From: Eledone cirrhosa
Lineage: Eukaryota
Direction: 5' to 3'
Assembly (NCBI GenBank): GCA_964016885.1
Contig: OZ024742.1
Coordinates: forward strand, 167,896,001-167,960,000
DNA: 64,000 bases
Shown here piece by piece: positions 25,961-39,900 of the stretch. A model generated the notes under the pieces. It was not told the DNA's origin, did no database searches, and was given only the letters and a program-made list of their open reading frames with translations. A program made the position numbers and the translations under genes. Every line of letters begins with the position of its first letter. The stretch's first letter is position 1.

Positions 25961-27999
25961 TCCTAAAATTCCTAAATTTCATAAAATTTATAAAATTCCT
26001 AAAATTACTAAAATTTATAATTCATAAAATTCCTAAAATTCATAAAATTTATAAAATTCCTAAAATTACTAAAATTCGTAAAATTCCTAAAATTCATAAA
26101 ATTCCAGAAAATTCCTCAAATTCCAAAAATTCATAAAATTAATAAAATTCCTAAAATTCAAAAAGTTCATAAAATTCCTAAAATTCCTAAAATTCCTAAA
26201 ATTCCAAAAATTCATAAAATTCATAAAATTCCTAAAAATTCATAAAATTCCAAGAAATTCAAAAAATTCCTAAAATTCATAAAATTCTTAAAATTCCTAA
26301 AATTCCTAAAATTCCTAAAATTCCAAAAGTTCCAAAAATTCCTAAAATTATTAAAATTCCGAAAATTCATAAAATTCATAAAATTCATAAAATTCCTAAA
26401 ATTCATTAAATTCCTAAAATTCATAAAATTCCTAAAATTCATAAAATTCATAAAATTCATAAAATTCATAAAAATTCAAAAAATTACGAAAATTCCAAAA
26501 AAATTACTAAAATTCCTAAAATTCAAGAAATTCAAAAAATTCCTAAAATTCTTGAATTTCATAAAATTCCTAAAATTCCAAAAATTCCTAAAATTCATAA
26601 AATTCCTAAAATTCCTAAAATTCATAACATTTCTAATGTTCCTAAAATTCATAAAATTCCAAAAATTCCTAAAATTCCTAAAATTCCTAAAATTCAAAAA
26701 ATTCATAAAAATCCTAAAATTCAAAAAATTCATAAAAATCCTAAAATTCATAAAATTCATAAAATTCATAAAATTCCTAAAATTCCTAAAATTCATAAAA
26801 TTACTAAAATTCATAAAATTCCTAAAAATTCATAAAATTCCGAAAATTCCTAAAATTCCTAAAAATTCATAAAATTCCGAAAATTCCAAAAGATTCCTAA
26901 AATTCCTAAAATTCCTAAAATTCCAAAAATTCATAAAATTCATAAAATTCTTAAAATTCCTAAAATTCCTAAAATTCCTAAAATTCCTAAAATTCCTAAA
27001 ATTCATAGAAATTCCTAAAATTCCTAAAATTCCTAAAATTCCTAAAATTCAAAAAATTCCTAAAATTCCTAAAATTCCTAAAATTCCTAAATTCCTAAAA
27101 TTCCTAAAATTTATAAAATTCATAAAATTACTAAAATTAGTAAAATTTTAAATTTCATAAAATTCATAAAATTCATAAAATTCCTAAAAATTCATAAAAT
27201 TACGAAAATTCGGAAAAATTCCTAAAATTACTAAAATTCAAAAAATTCAAAAAATTCCTAAGATTCTTAAATTTCATAAAATTCATAAAATTCATAAAAT
27301 TCATAAGATTCCTAAAATTCCTCAAATTTATATAATTCATAAAATTCCTAAAATTCCTAAAATTTATAAAATTCCGAAAATTCTTAAAATTCCTAAAATT
27401 CCTAAAATTCCTAAAATTCCAAAAATTTCTAAAATTCATAAAATTCCTAAAATTCCTAAAATTCATAACATTTCTAATGTTCCTAAAATTCATAAAATTC
27501 CAAAAATTCCTAAAATTCCTAAAATTCCTAAAATTCAAAAAATTCATAAAAATCCTAAAATTCAAAAAATTCATAAAAATCCTAAAATTCATAAAATTCA
27601 TAAAATTCATAAAATTCATAAAATTCCTAAAATTCATAAAATTACTAAAACTCATAAAATTCCTAAAAATTCATAAAATTCCGAAAATTCCTAAAATTCC
27701 TAAAAATTCATAAAATTCCGAAAATTCCAAAAAATTCCTAAAATTCCTAAAATTCCTAAAATTCCAAAAATTCATAAAATTCATAAAATTCTTAAAATTC
27801 CTAAAATTCCTAAAATTCCTAAAATTCTTAAAATTCCTAAAATTCATAGAAATTCCTAAAATTCCTAAAATTCCTAAAATTCAAAAAATTCCTAAAATTC
27901 CTAAAATTCCTAAAATTCCTAAATTCCTAAAATTCCTAAAATTTATAAAATTCATAAAATTACTAAAATTAGTAAAATTTTAAATTTCATAAAATTCAT

Positions 28000-30900
28000 A
28001 AAATTCATAAAATTCCTAAAAATTCATAAAATTACGAAAATTCGGAAAAATTCCTAAAATTACTAAAATTCAAAAAATTCAAAAAATTCCTAAGATTCTT
28101 TAATTTCATAAAATTCATAAAATTCATAAAATTCATAAGATTCCTAAAATTCCTCAAATTTATATAATTCATAAAATTCCTAAAATTCCTAAAATTTATA
28201 AAATTCCTAAAATTACTAAAATTCGAAAAATTCCTAAAATTCATAAAATTCCTAAAATTCCTCAAATTCCAAAAATTCCTAAAATTAAAATTCCTAAAAT
28301 TCAAAAAGTTCATAAAATTCCTAAGATACCTAAAATTCCTAAAATTCCAAAAATTCATAAAACTCATAAAATTCATAAAAATTCATAAAATTCCAAGAAA
28401 TTCAAAAAAATCCTAAATTTCCTAAAATTCCTAAAATTCTTAAAATTCATAAAATTCCTAAAATTCCCAAAATTCCAAAAATTCCTAAAATTCCTAAAAT
28501 TATTAAAATTCATAAAATTCCTAAAATTCATAAAATTCATAAAATCTATAAAATTCCTAAAATTCCTAAGATTCCTAAAATTCCTAAAATTTATATAATT
28601 CATAAAATTCCTAAAATTCCTAAAATTTATAAAATTCCTAAAATTACTAAAATTCGTAAAATTCCTAAAATTCATAAAATTCCTAAAATTCCTCAAATTC
28701 AAAAAAATTCATAAAATTAAAATTCCTAAAATTCAAAAAGTTCATAAAATTCCTAAGATTCTTAAAATTCCTAAAATTCCAAAAATTCCAAAAATTCATA
28801 AAATTCATAAAATTCCAAGAAATTCAAAAAAATCCTAAATTTCCTAAAATTCCTAAAATTCTTAAAATTCCTAAAATTCCTAAAATTCCTAAATTCCTAA
28901 AATTCCTAAAATTCCTAAAACTCCAAAAATTCATAAAATTCATAAAATTCATAAAATTCATAAAATTCATAAAATTCCTAAAATTCCTAAAATTCATAAA
29001 ATTACTAAAATTCATAAAATTCCTAAAAATTCATAAAATTCCTAAAATTCCTAAAATTCTAAAAATTCATAAAATTCATAAAATTCTTAAAATTTATAAA
29101 ATTCCTAAAATTCCTAAAATTCCTAAAATTCATAGACATTCCTAAAATTCCTAAAATTCCTAAAATTCCTAAAATTCCTAAAATTCCTAAATTCCTAAAT
29201 TCCTAAAATTACTAAAATTCATAAAAGTCATAAAATTTATAAAATTCCTAAAATTACTAAAATTCGTAAAATTTTAAATTTCATAAAATTCATAAAATTC
29301 ATAAAATTCCTAAGATTCCTAAAATTCCTAAAATTTATAATTCATAAAATTTATAAAATTCATAAAATTCCTAAGATTCCTAAAATTCCTAAAATTTATA
29401 ATTCATAAAATTCCTAAATTTCATAAAATTTATAAAATTCCTAAAATTACTAAAATTTATAATTCATAAAATTCCTAAAATTCATAAAATTTATAAAATT
29501 CCTAAAATTACTAAAATTCGTAAAATTCCTAAAATTCATAAAATTCCAGAAAATTCCTCAAATTCCAAAAATTCATAAAATTAATAAAATTCCTAAAATT
29601 CAAAAAGTTCATAAAATTCCTAAAATTCCTAAAATTCCTAAAATTCCAAAAATTCATAAAATTCATAAAATTCATAAAATACCTAAAAATTCATAAAATT
29701 CCAAGAAATTCAAAAAATTCCTAAAATTCATAAAATTCTTAAAATTCCTAAAATTCCTAAAATTCCTAAAATTCCAAAAGTTCCAAAAATTCCTAAAATT
29801 ATTAAAATTCCTAAAATTCATAAAATTCATAAAATTCATAAAATTCATTAAATTCCTAAAATTCATAAAATTCCTAAAATTCATAAAATTCCTAAAATTC
29901 ATAAAATTCATAAAAATTCAAAAAATTACGAAAATTCCAAAAAAATTACTAAAATTCCTAAAATTCAAGAAATTCAAAAAATTCCTAAAATTCTTGAATT
30001 TCATAAAATTCCTAAAATTCCTAAAATTCCTAAGATTCCTAAAATTCCTAAAATTTATATAATTCATAAAATTCGGAAAATTTTTAAAAATTCATAAAAT
30101 TCAAAAAATTGCTAAAATTCCAAAAATTCCTAAAATTACTAAAATTCCGAAAATTCTTAAAATTCCTAAAATTCCTAAAATTCCAAAAATTCCTAAAATT
30201 CATAAAATTCCTAAAATTCCTAAAATTCATAACATTTCTAATGTTCCTAAAATTCATAAAATTCCAAAAATTCCTAAAATTCAAAAAATTCATAAAAATC
30301 CTAAAATTCAAAAAATTCATAAATATCCTAAAATTCATAAAATTCATAAAATTCATAAAATTCCTAAAATTCATAGAAATTCATAAAATTCCGAAAATTC
30401 CTAAAATTCCTAAAAATTCATAATATTCCGAAAATTCCAAAAAAATCCTAAAATTCCTAAAATTCCTAAAATTCCAAAAATTCATAAAATTCATAAAATT
30501 CTTAAAATTCCTAAAATTCCTAAAATTCCTAAAATTCCTAAAATTCCTAAAATTCATAGAAATTCCTAAAATTCCTAAAATTCCTAAAATTCATAGAAAT
30601 TCCTAAAATTCCTAAAATTCCTAAAATTCAAAAAATTCCTAAAATTCCTAAAATTCCTAAAATTCCTAAATTCCTAAAATTCCTAAAATTTATAAAATTC
30701 ATTTACTAAAATTAGTAAAATTTTAAATTTCATAAAATTCATAAAATTCATAAAATTCCTAAAAATTCATAAAATTACGAAAATTCGGAAAAATTCCTAA
30801 AATTATTAAAATTCAAAAAATTCAAAAAATTCCTAAGATTCATAAATTTCATAAAATTAATAAGATTCCTAAAATTCCTCAAATTTATATAATTCATAAA

Positions 30901-33900
30901 ATTCCTAAAATTCCTAAAATTTATAAAATTCCTAAAATTACTAAAATTCGTAAAATTCGTAAAATTCATAAAATTCCTAAAATTCCTCAAATTCCAAAAA
31001 TTCATAAAATTAAAATTCCTAAAATTAAAAAAGTTCATAAAATTCCTAAGATTCCTAAAATTCCTAAAATTCCAAAAATTCATAAAACTCATAAAATTCA
31101 TAAAAATTCATAAAATTCCAAGAAATTCAAAAAAATCCTAAATTTCCTAAAATTCCTAAAATTCTTAAAATTCATAAAATTCATAAAATTCCTAAAATTC
31201 TTAAAATTTTTAAAATTCCTAAAATTCCTAAAATTCCTAAAATTCCCAAAATTCCAAAAATTCCTAAAATTCCTAAAATTATTAAAATTCATAAAATTCA
31301 TAAAATTCATAAAATCTATAAAATTCCTAAAATTCCTAAGATTCCTAAAATTCCTAAAATTTATATAATTCATAAAATTCCTAAAATTCCTAAAATTTAT
31401 AAAATTCCTAAAATTACTAAAATTCGTAAAATTCGTAAAATTCATAAAATTCCTAAAATTCCTCAAATTCAAAAAAATTCATAAAATTAAAATTCCTAAA
31501 ATTCAAAAAGTTCATAAAATTCCTAAGATTCTTAAAATTCCTAAAATTCCAAAAATTCCAAAAATTCATAAAATTCATAAAATTCATAAAAATTCATAAA
31601 ATTCCAAGAAATTCAAAAAAATCCTAAATTTCCTAAAATTCCTAAAATTCTTAAAATTCCTAAAATTCCTAAAATTCCTAAATTCCTAAAATTCCTAAAA
31701 TTCCTAAAACTCCAAAAATTCATAAAATTCATAAAATTCATAAAATTCATAAAATTCCTAAAATTCCTAAAATTCCTAAAATTCATAAAATTCATAAAAT
31801 TCATAAAATTCATAAAAATTCATAAAATTCCTAAAATTCCTAAAATTCCAAAAATTCATAAAATTCATAAAATTCTTAAAATTTCTAAAATTCCTAAAAT
31901 TCCTAAAATTCCTAAAATTCATAGACATTCCTAAAATTCCTAAAATTCCTAAAATTCAAAAAATTCCTAAAATTCCTAAAATTCCTAAAATTCCTAAAAT
32001 TCCTAAATTCCTAAATTCCTAAAATTACTAAAATTCATAAAATTCATAAAATTTATAAAATTCCTAAAATTACTAAAATTCGTAAAATTTTAAATTTCAT
32101 AAAATTCATAAAATTCATAAAATTCCTAAGATTCCTAAAATTCCTAAAATTTATAATTCATAAAATTCATAAAATTCATAAAATTCCTAAGATTCCTAAA
32201 ATTCCTAAAATTTATAATTCATAAAATTCCTAAATTTCATAAAATTTATAAAATTCCTAAAATTACTAAAATTTATAATTCATAAAATTCATAAAATTCA
32301 TAAAATTTATAAAATTCCTAAAATTACTAAAATTCGTAAAATTCCTAAAATTCATAAAATTCCAGAAAATTCCTCAAATTCCAAAAATTCATAAAATTAA
32401 TAAAATTCCTAAAATTCAAAAAGTTCATAAAATTCCTAAAATTCCTAAAATTCCTAAAATTCCAAAAATTCATAAAATTCATAAAATTCATAAAATACCT
32501 AAAAATTCATAAAATTCCAAGAAATTCAAAAAATCCCTAAAATTCATAAAATTCTTAAAATTCCTAAAATTCATAAAATTCATAAAATTTCAAAAGTTCC
32601 AAAAATTCCTAAAATTATTAAAATTCATAAAATTCATAAAATTCATAAAATTCATAAAATTCCTAAAATTCATTAAATTCCTAAAATTCATAAAATTCCT
32701 AAAATTCATAAAATTCATAAAATTCATAAAATTCATAAAAATTCAAAAAATTACGAAAATTCCAAAAAAATTACTAAAATTCCTAAAATTCAAGAAATTC
32801 AAAAAATTCCTAAAATTCTTGAATTTCATAAAATTCCTAAAATTCCTAAAATTCCTAAGATTCCTAAAATTCCTAAAATTTATATAATTCATAAAATTCG
32901 GAAAATTTTTAAAAATTCCTAAAATTACTAAAATTCCGAAAATTCTTAAAATTCCTAAAATTCCTAAAATTCCAAAAATTCCTAAACTTCATAAAATTCC
33001 TAAAATTCCTAAAATTCATAACATTTCTAATGTTCCTAAAATTCATAAAATTCCAAAAATTCCTAAAATTCAAAAAATTCATAAAAATCCTAAAATTCAA
33101 AAAATTCATAAATATCCTAAAATTCATAAAATTCATAAAATTCATAAAATTCATAAAATTCCTAAAATTCATAGAAATTCATAAAATTCCGAAAATTCCT
33201 AAAATTCCTAAAAATTCATAAAATTCCGAAAATTCCAAAAAAATCCTAAAATTCCTAAAATTCCTAAAATTCCAAAAATTCATAAAATTCATAAAATTCT
33301 TAAAATTCCTAAAATTCCTAAAATTCCTAAAATTTCTAAAATTCCTAAAATTCATAGAAATTCCTAAAATTCCTAAAATTCCTAAAATTCAAAAAATTCC
33401 TAAAATTCCTAAAATTCCTAAAATTCCTAAATTCCTAAAATTCCTAAAATTTATAAAATTCATTTACTAAAATTAGTAAAATTTTAAATTTCATAAAATT
33501 CATAAAATTCATAAAATTCCTAAAAATTCATAAAATTACGAAAATTCGGAAAAATTCCTAAAATTACTAAAATTCAAAAAATTCAAAAAATTCCTAAGAT
33601 TCATAAATTTCATAAAATTCATAAGATTCCTAAAATTCCTCAAATTTATATAATTCATAAAATTCCTAAAATTCCTAAAATTTATAAAATTCCTAAAATT
33701 ACTAAAATTCGTAAAATTCGTAAAATTCATAAAATTCCTAAAATTCCTCAAATTCCAAAAATTCATAAAATTAAAATTCCTAAAATTAAAAAAGTTCATA
33801 AAATTCCTAAGATTCCTAAAATTCCTAATATTCCAAAAATTCATAAAACTCATAAAATTCATAAAAATTCATAAAATTCCAAGAAATTCAAAAAAATCCT

Positions 33901-36900
33901 AAATTTCCTAAAATTCCTAAAATTCTTAAAATTCATAAAATTCATAAAATTCCTAAAATTCTTAAAATTCTTAAAATTCCTAAAATTCCTAAAATTCCTA
34001 AAATTCCCAAAATTCCAAAAATTCCTAAAATTCCTAAAATTATTAAAATTCATAAAATTCATAAAATTCATAAAATTCATAAAATCTATAAAATTCCTAA
34101 AATTCCTAAGATTCCTAAAATTCCTAAAATTTATATAATTCATAAAATTCCTAAAATTACTAAAATTTATAAAATTCCTAAAATTACTAAAATTCGTAAA
34201 ATTCCTAAAATTCATAAAATTCCTAAAATTCCTCAAATTCAAAAAAATTCATAAAATTAAAATTCCTAAAATTCAAAAAGTTCATAAAATTCCTAAGATT
34301 CTTAAAATTCCTAAAATTCCAAAAATTCCAAAAATTCATAAAATTCATAAAATTCATAAAAATTCATAAAATTCCAAGAAATTCAAAAAAATCCTAAATT
34401 TCCTAAAATTCCTAAAATTCTTAAAATTCCTAAAATTCATAAAATTCCGAAATTCCTAAAATTCCTAAAATTCCTAAAACTCCAAAAATTCATAAAATTC
34501 ATAAAATTCATAAAATTCATAAAATTCCTAAAATTCCTAAAATTCATAAAATTACTAAAATTCATAAAATTCCTAAAAATTCATAAAATTCCTAAAATTC
34601 CTAAAATTCCAAAAATTCATAAAATTCATAAAATTCTTAAAATTTCTAAAATTCCTAAAATTACTAAAATTCCTAAAATTCATAGACATTCCTAAAATTC
34701 CTAAAATTCCTAAAATTCAAAAAATTCCTAAAATTCCTAAAATTCCTAAAATTCCCAAATTCCTAAATTCCTAAAATTACTAAAATTCATAAAATTCATA
34801 AAATTTATGAAATTCCTAAAATTACTAAAATTCGTAAAATTTTAAATTTCATAAAATTCATAAAATTCATAAAATTCCTAAGATTCCTAAAATTCCTAAA
34901 ATTTATAATTCATAAAATTCATAAAATTCATAAAATTCCTAAGATTCCTAAAATTCCTAAAATTTATAATTCATAAAATTCCTAAATTTCATAAAATTTA
35001 TAAAATTCCTAAAATTACTAAAATTTATAATTCATAAAATTCATAAAATTCATAAAATTTATAAAATTCCTAAAATTACTAAAATTCGTAAAATTCCTAA
35101 AATTCATAAAATTCCAGAAAATTCCTCAAATTCCAAAAATTCATAAAATTAATAAAATTCCTAAAATTCAAAAAGTTCATAAAATTTCTAAAATTCCTAA
35201 AATTCCTAAAATTCCAAAAATTCATAAAATTCATAAAATTCATAAAATACCTAAAAATTCATAAAATTCCAAGAAATTCAAAAAATCCCTAAAATTCATA
35301 AAATTCTTAAAATTCCTAAAATTCCTAAAATTCCTAAAATTTCAAAAGTTCCAAAAATTCCTAAAATTATTAAAATTCATAAAATTCATAAAATTCATAA
35401 AATTCATAAAATTCATAAAATTCATAAATATTCAAAAAATTACGAAAATTCCAAAAAAATTACTAAAATTCCTAAAATTCAAGAAATTCAAAAAATTCCT
35501 AAAATTCTTGAATTTCATAAAATTCCTAAAATTCCTAAAATTCCTAAGATTCCTAAAATTCCTAAAATTTATATAATTCATAAAATTCGGAAAATTTTTA
35601 AAAATTCATAAAATTCAAAAAATTCCTAAAATTCCAAAAATTCCTAAAATTACTAAAATTCCTAAAATTCATAAAATTCCTAAAATTCCTCAAATTCAAA
35701 AAAATTCATAAAATTAAAATTCCTAAAATTCAAAAAGTTCATAAAATTCCTAAGATTCTTAAAATTCTTAAATTCCAAAAATTCCAAAAATTCATAAAAT
35801 TCATAAAATTCATAAAAATTCATAAAATTCCAAGAAATTCAAAAAAATCCTAAATTTCCTAAAATTCCTAAAATTCTTAAAATTCCTAAAATTCCTAAAA
35901 TTCCTAAATTCCTAAAATTCCTAAAATTCCTAAAACTCCAAAAATTCATAAAATTCATAAAATTCATAAAATTCATAAAATTCATAAAATTCCTAAAATT
36001 CCTAAAATTCATAAAATTACTAAAATTCATAAAATTCCTAAAAATTCATAAAATTCCTAAAATTCCTAAAATTCTAAAAATTCATAAAATTCATAAAATT
36101 CTTAAAATTTATAAAATTCCTAAAATTCCTAAAATTCCTAAAATTCATAGACATTCCTAAAATTCCTAAAATTCCTAAAATTCCTAAAATTCCTAAAATT
36201 CCTAAATTCCTAAATTCCTAAAATTACTAAAATTCATAAAAGTCATAAAATTTATAAAATTCCTAAAATTACTAAAATTCGTAAAATTTTAAATTTCATA
36301 AAATTCATAAAATTCATAAAATTCCTAAGATTCCTAAAATTCCTAAAATTTATAATTCATAAAATTTATAAAATTCATAAAATTCCTAAGATTCCTAAAA
36401 TTCCTAAAATTTATAATTCATAAAATTCCTAAATTTCATAAAATTTATAAAATTCCTAAAATTACTAAAATTTATAATTCATAAAATTCCTAAAATTCAT
36501 AAAATTTATAAAATTCCTAAAATTACTAAAATTCGTAAAATTCATAAAATTCATAAAATTCCAGAAAATTCCTCAAATTCCAAAAATTCATAAAATTAAT
36601 AAAATTCCTAAAATTCAAAAAGTTCATAAAATTCCTAAAATTCCTAAAATTCCTAAAATTCCAAAAATTCATAAAATTCATAAAATTCATAAAATACCTA
36701 AAAATTCATAAAATTCCAAGAAATTCAAAAAATTCCTAAAATTCATAAAATTCTTAAAATTCCTAAAATTCCTAAAATTCCTAAAATTCCAAAAGTTCCA
36801 AAAATTCCTAAAATTATTAAAATTCCTAAAATTCATAAAATTCATAAAATTCATAAAATTCATTAAATTCCTAAAATTCATAAAATTCCTAAAATTCATA

Positions 36901-39900
36901 AAATTCATAAAATTCATAAAATTCATAAAAATTCAAAAAATTACGAAAATTCCAAAAAAATTACTAAAATTCCTAAAATTCAAGAAATTCAAAAAATTCC
37001 TAAAATTCTTGAATTTCATAAAATTCCTAAAATTCCTAAAATTCCTAAGATTCCTAAAATTCCTAAAATTTATATAATTCATAAAATTCGGAAAATTTTT
37101 AAAAATTCATAAAATTCAAAAAATTGCTAAAATTCCAAAAATTCCTAAAATTACTAAAATTCCGAAAATTCTTAAAATTCCTAAAATTCCTAAAATTCCA
37201 AAATTCCTAAAATTCATAAAATTCCTAAAATTCCTAAAATTCATAACATTTCTAATGTTCCTAAAATTCATAAAATTCCAAAAATTCCTAAAATTCAAAA
37301 AATTCATAAAAATCCTAAAATTCAAAAAATTCATAAATATCCTAAAATTCATAAAATTCATAAAATTCATAAAATTCCTAAAATTCATAGAAATTCATAA
37401 AATTCCGAAAATTCCTAAAATTCCTAAAAATTCATAATATTCCGAAAATTCCAAAAAATCCTAAAATTCCTAAAATTCCTAAAATTCCAAAAATTCATAA
37501 AATTCATAAAATTCTTAAAATTCCTAAAATTCCTAAAATTCCTAAAATTCCTAAAATTCCTAAAATTCATAGAAATTCCTAAAATTCCTAAAATTCCTAA
37601 AATTCATAGAAATTCCTAAAATTCCTAAAATTCCTAAAATTCAAAAAATTCCTAAAATTCCTAAATTCCTAAAATTCCTAAATTCCTAAAATTCCTAAAA
37701 TTTATAAAATTCATTTACTAAAATCAGTAAAATTTTAAATTTCATAAAATTCATAAAATTCATAAAATTCCTAAAAATTCATAAAATTACGAAAATTCGG
37801 AAAAATTCCTAAAATTATTAAAATTCAAAAAATTCAAAAATTCCTAAGATTCATAAATTTCATAAAATTCATAAGATTCCTAAAATTCCTCAAATTTATA
37901 TAATTCATAAAATTCCTAAAATTCCTAAAATTTATAAAATTCCTAAAATTACTAAAATTCGTAAAATTCGTAAAATTCATAAAATTCCTAAAATTCCTCA
38001 AATTCCAAAATTCATAAAATTAAAATTCCTAAAATTAAAAAAGTTCATAAAATTCCTAAGATTCCTAAAATTCCTAAAATTCCAAAAATTCATAAAACTC
38101 ATAAAATTCATAAAAATTCATAAAATTCCAAGAAATTCAAAAAAATCCTAAATTTCCTAAATTCCTAAATTCTTAAAATTCATAAAATTCATAAAATTCC
38201 TAAAATTCTTAAAATTCTTAAAATTCCTAAAATTCCTAAAATTCCTAAAATTCCCAAAATTCCAAAAATTCCTAAAATTCCTAAATTATTAAAATTCATA
38301 AAATTCATAAAATTCATAAAATCTATAAAATTCCTAAAATTCCTAAGATTCCTAAAATTCCTAAAATTTATATAATTCATAAAATTCCTAAAATTCCTAA
38401 AATTTATAAAATTCCTAAAATTACTAAAATTCGTAAAATTCCTAAAATTCATAAAATTCCTAAAATCCTCAAATTCAAAAAATTCATAAAATTAAAATTC
38501 CTAAAATTCAAAAAGTTCATAAAATTCCTAAGATTCTTAAAATTCCTAAAATTCCAAAAATTCCAAAAATTCATAAAATTCATAAAATTCATAAAAATTC
38601 ATAAAATTCCAAGAAATTCAAAAAAATCCTAAATTTCCTAAAATTCCTAAATTCTTAAAATTCCTAAAATTCCTAAATTCCTAAATTCCTAAAATTCCTA
38701 AAATTCCTAAAACTCCAAAAATTCATAAAATTCATAAAATTCATAAAATTCCTAAAATTCATAAAATTCCTAAAATTCCTAAATTCATAAAATTCATAAA
38801 ATTCATAAAATTCATAAAAATTCATAAAATTCCTAAATTCCTAAAATTCCAAAAATTCATAAAATTCATAAAATTCTTAAAATTTCTAAAATTCCTAAAA
38901 TTCCTAAAATTCCTAAAATTCATAGACATTCCTAAAATTCTAAAATTCCTAAAATTCAAAAAATTCCTAAAATTCCTAAAATTCCTAAAATTCCTAAAAT
39001 TCCTAATTCCTAAATTCCTAAAATTACTAAAATTCATAAAATTCATAAAATTTATAAAATTCCTAAAATTACTAAAATTCGTAAAATTTTAAATTTCATA
39101 AATTCATAAAATTCATAAAATTCCTAAGATTCCTAAAATTCCTAACCTAAAATTTATAATTCATAAAATTCATAAAATTCATAAAATTCCTAAGATTCCT
39201 AAAATTCCTAAAATTTATAATTCATAAAATTCCTAAATTTCATAAAATTTATAAAATTCCTAAAATTACTAAAATTTATAATTCATAAAATTCATAAAAT
39301 TCATAAAATTTATAAAATTCCTAAAATTACTAAAATTCGTAAAATTCCTAAAATTCATAAAATTCCAGAAAATTCCTCAAATTCCAAAAATTCATAAAAT
39401 TAATAAAATTCCTAAAATTCAAAAAGTTCATAAAATTCCTAAAATTCCTAAAATTCCTAAAATTCCAAAAATTCATAAAATTCATAAAATTCATAAAATA
39501 CCTAAAAATTCATAAAATTCCAAGAAATTCAAAAAATCCCTAAAATTCATAAAATTCTTAAAATTCCTAAAATTCATAAAATTCATAAAATTTCAAAAGT
39601 TCCAAAAATTCCAAAAATTATTAAAATTCATAAAATTCATAAAATTCATAAAATTCCTAAAATTCCTAAAATTCATTAAATTCCTAAAATTCATAAAATT
39701 CCTAAAATTCATAAAATTCATAAAATTCATAAAATTCATAAAAATTCAAAAAATTACGAAAATTCCAAAAAAATTACTAAAATTCCTAAAATTCAAGAAA
39801 TTCAAAAAATTCCTAAAATTCTTGAATTTCATAAAATTCCTAAAATTCCTAAAATTCCTAAGATTCCTAAAATTCCTAAAATTTATATAATTCATAAAAT

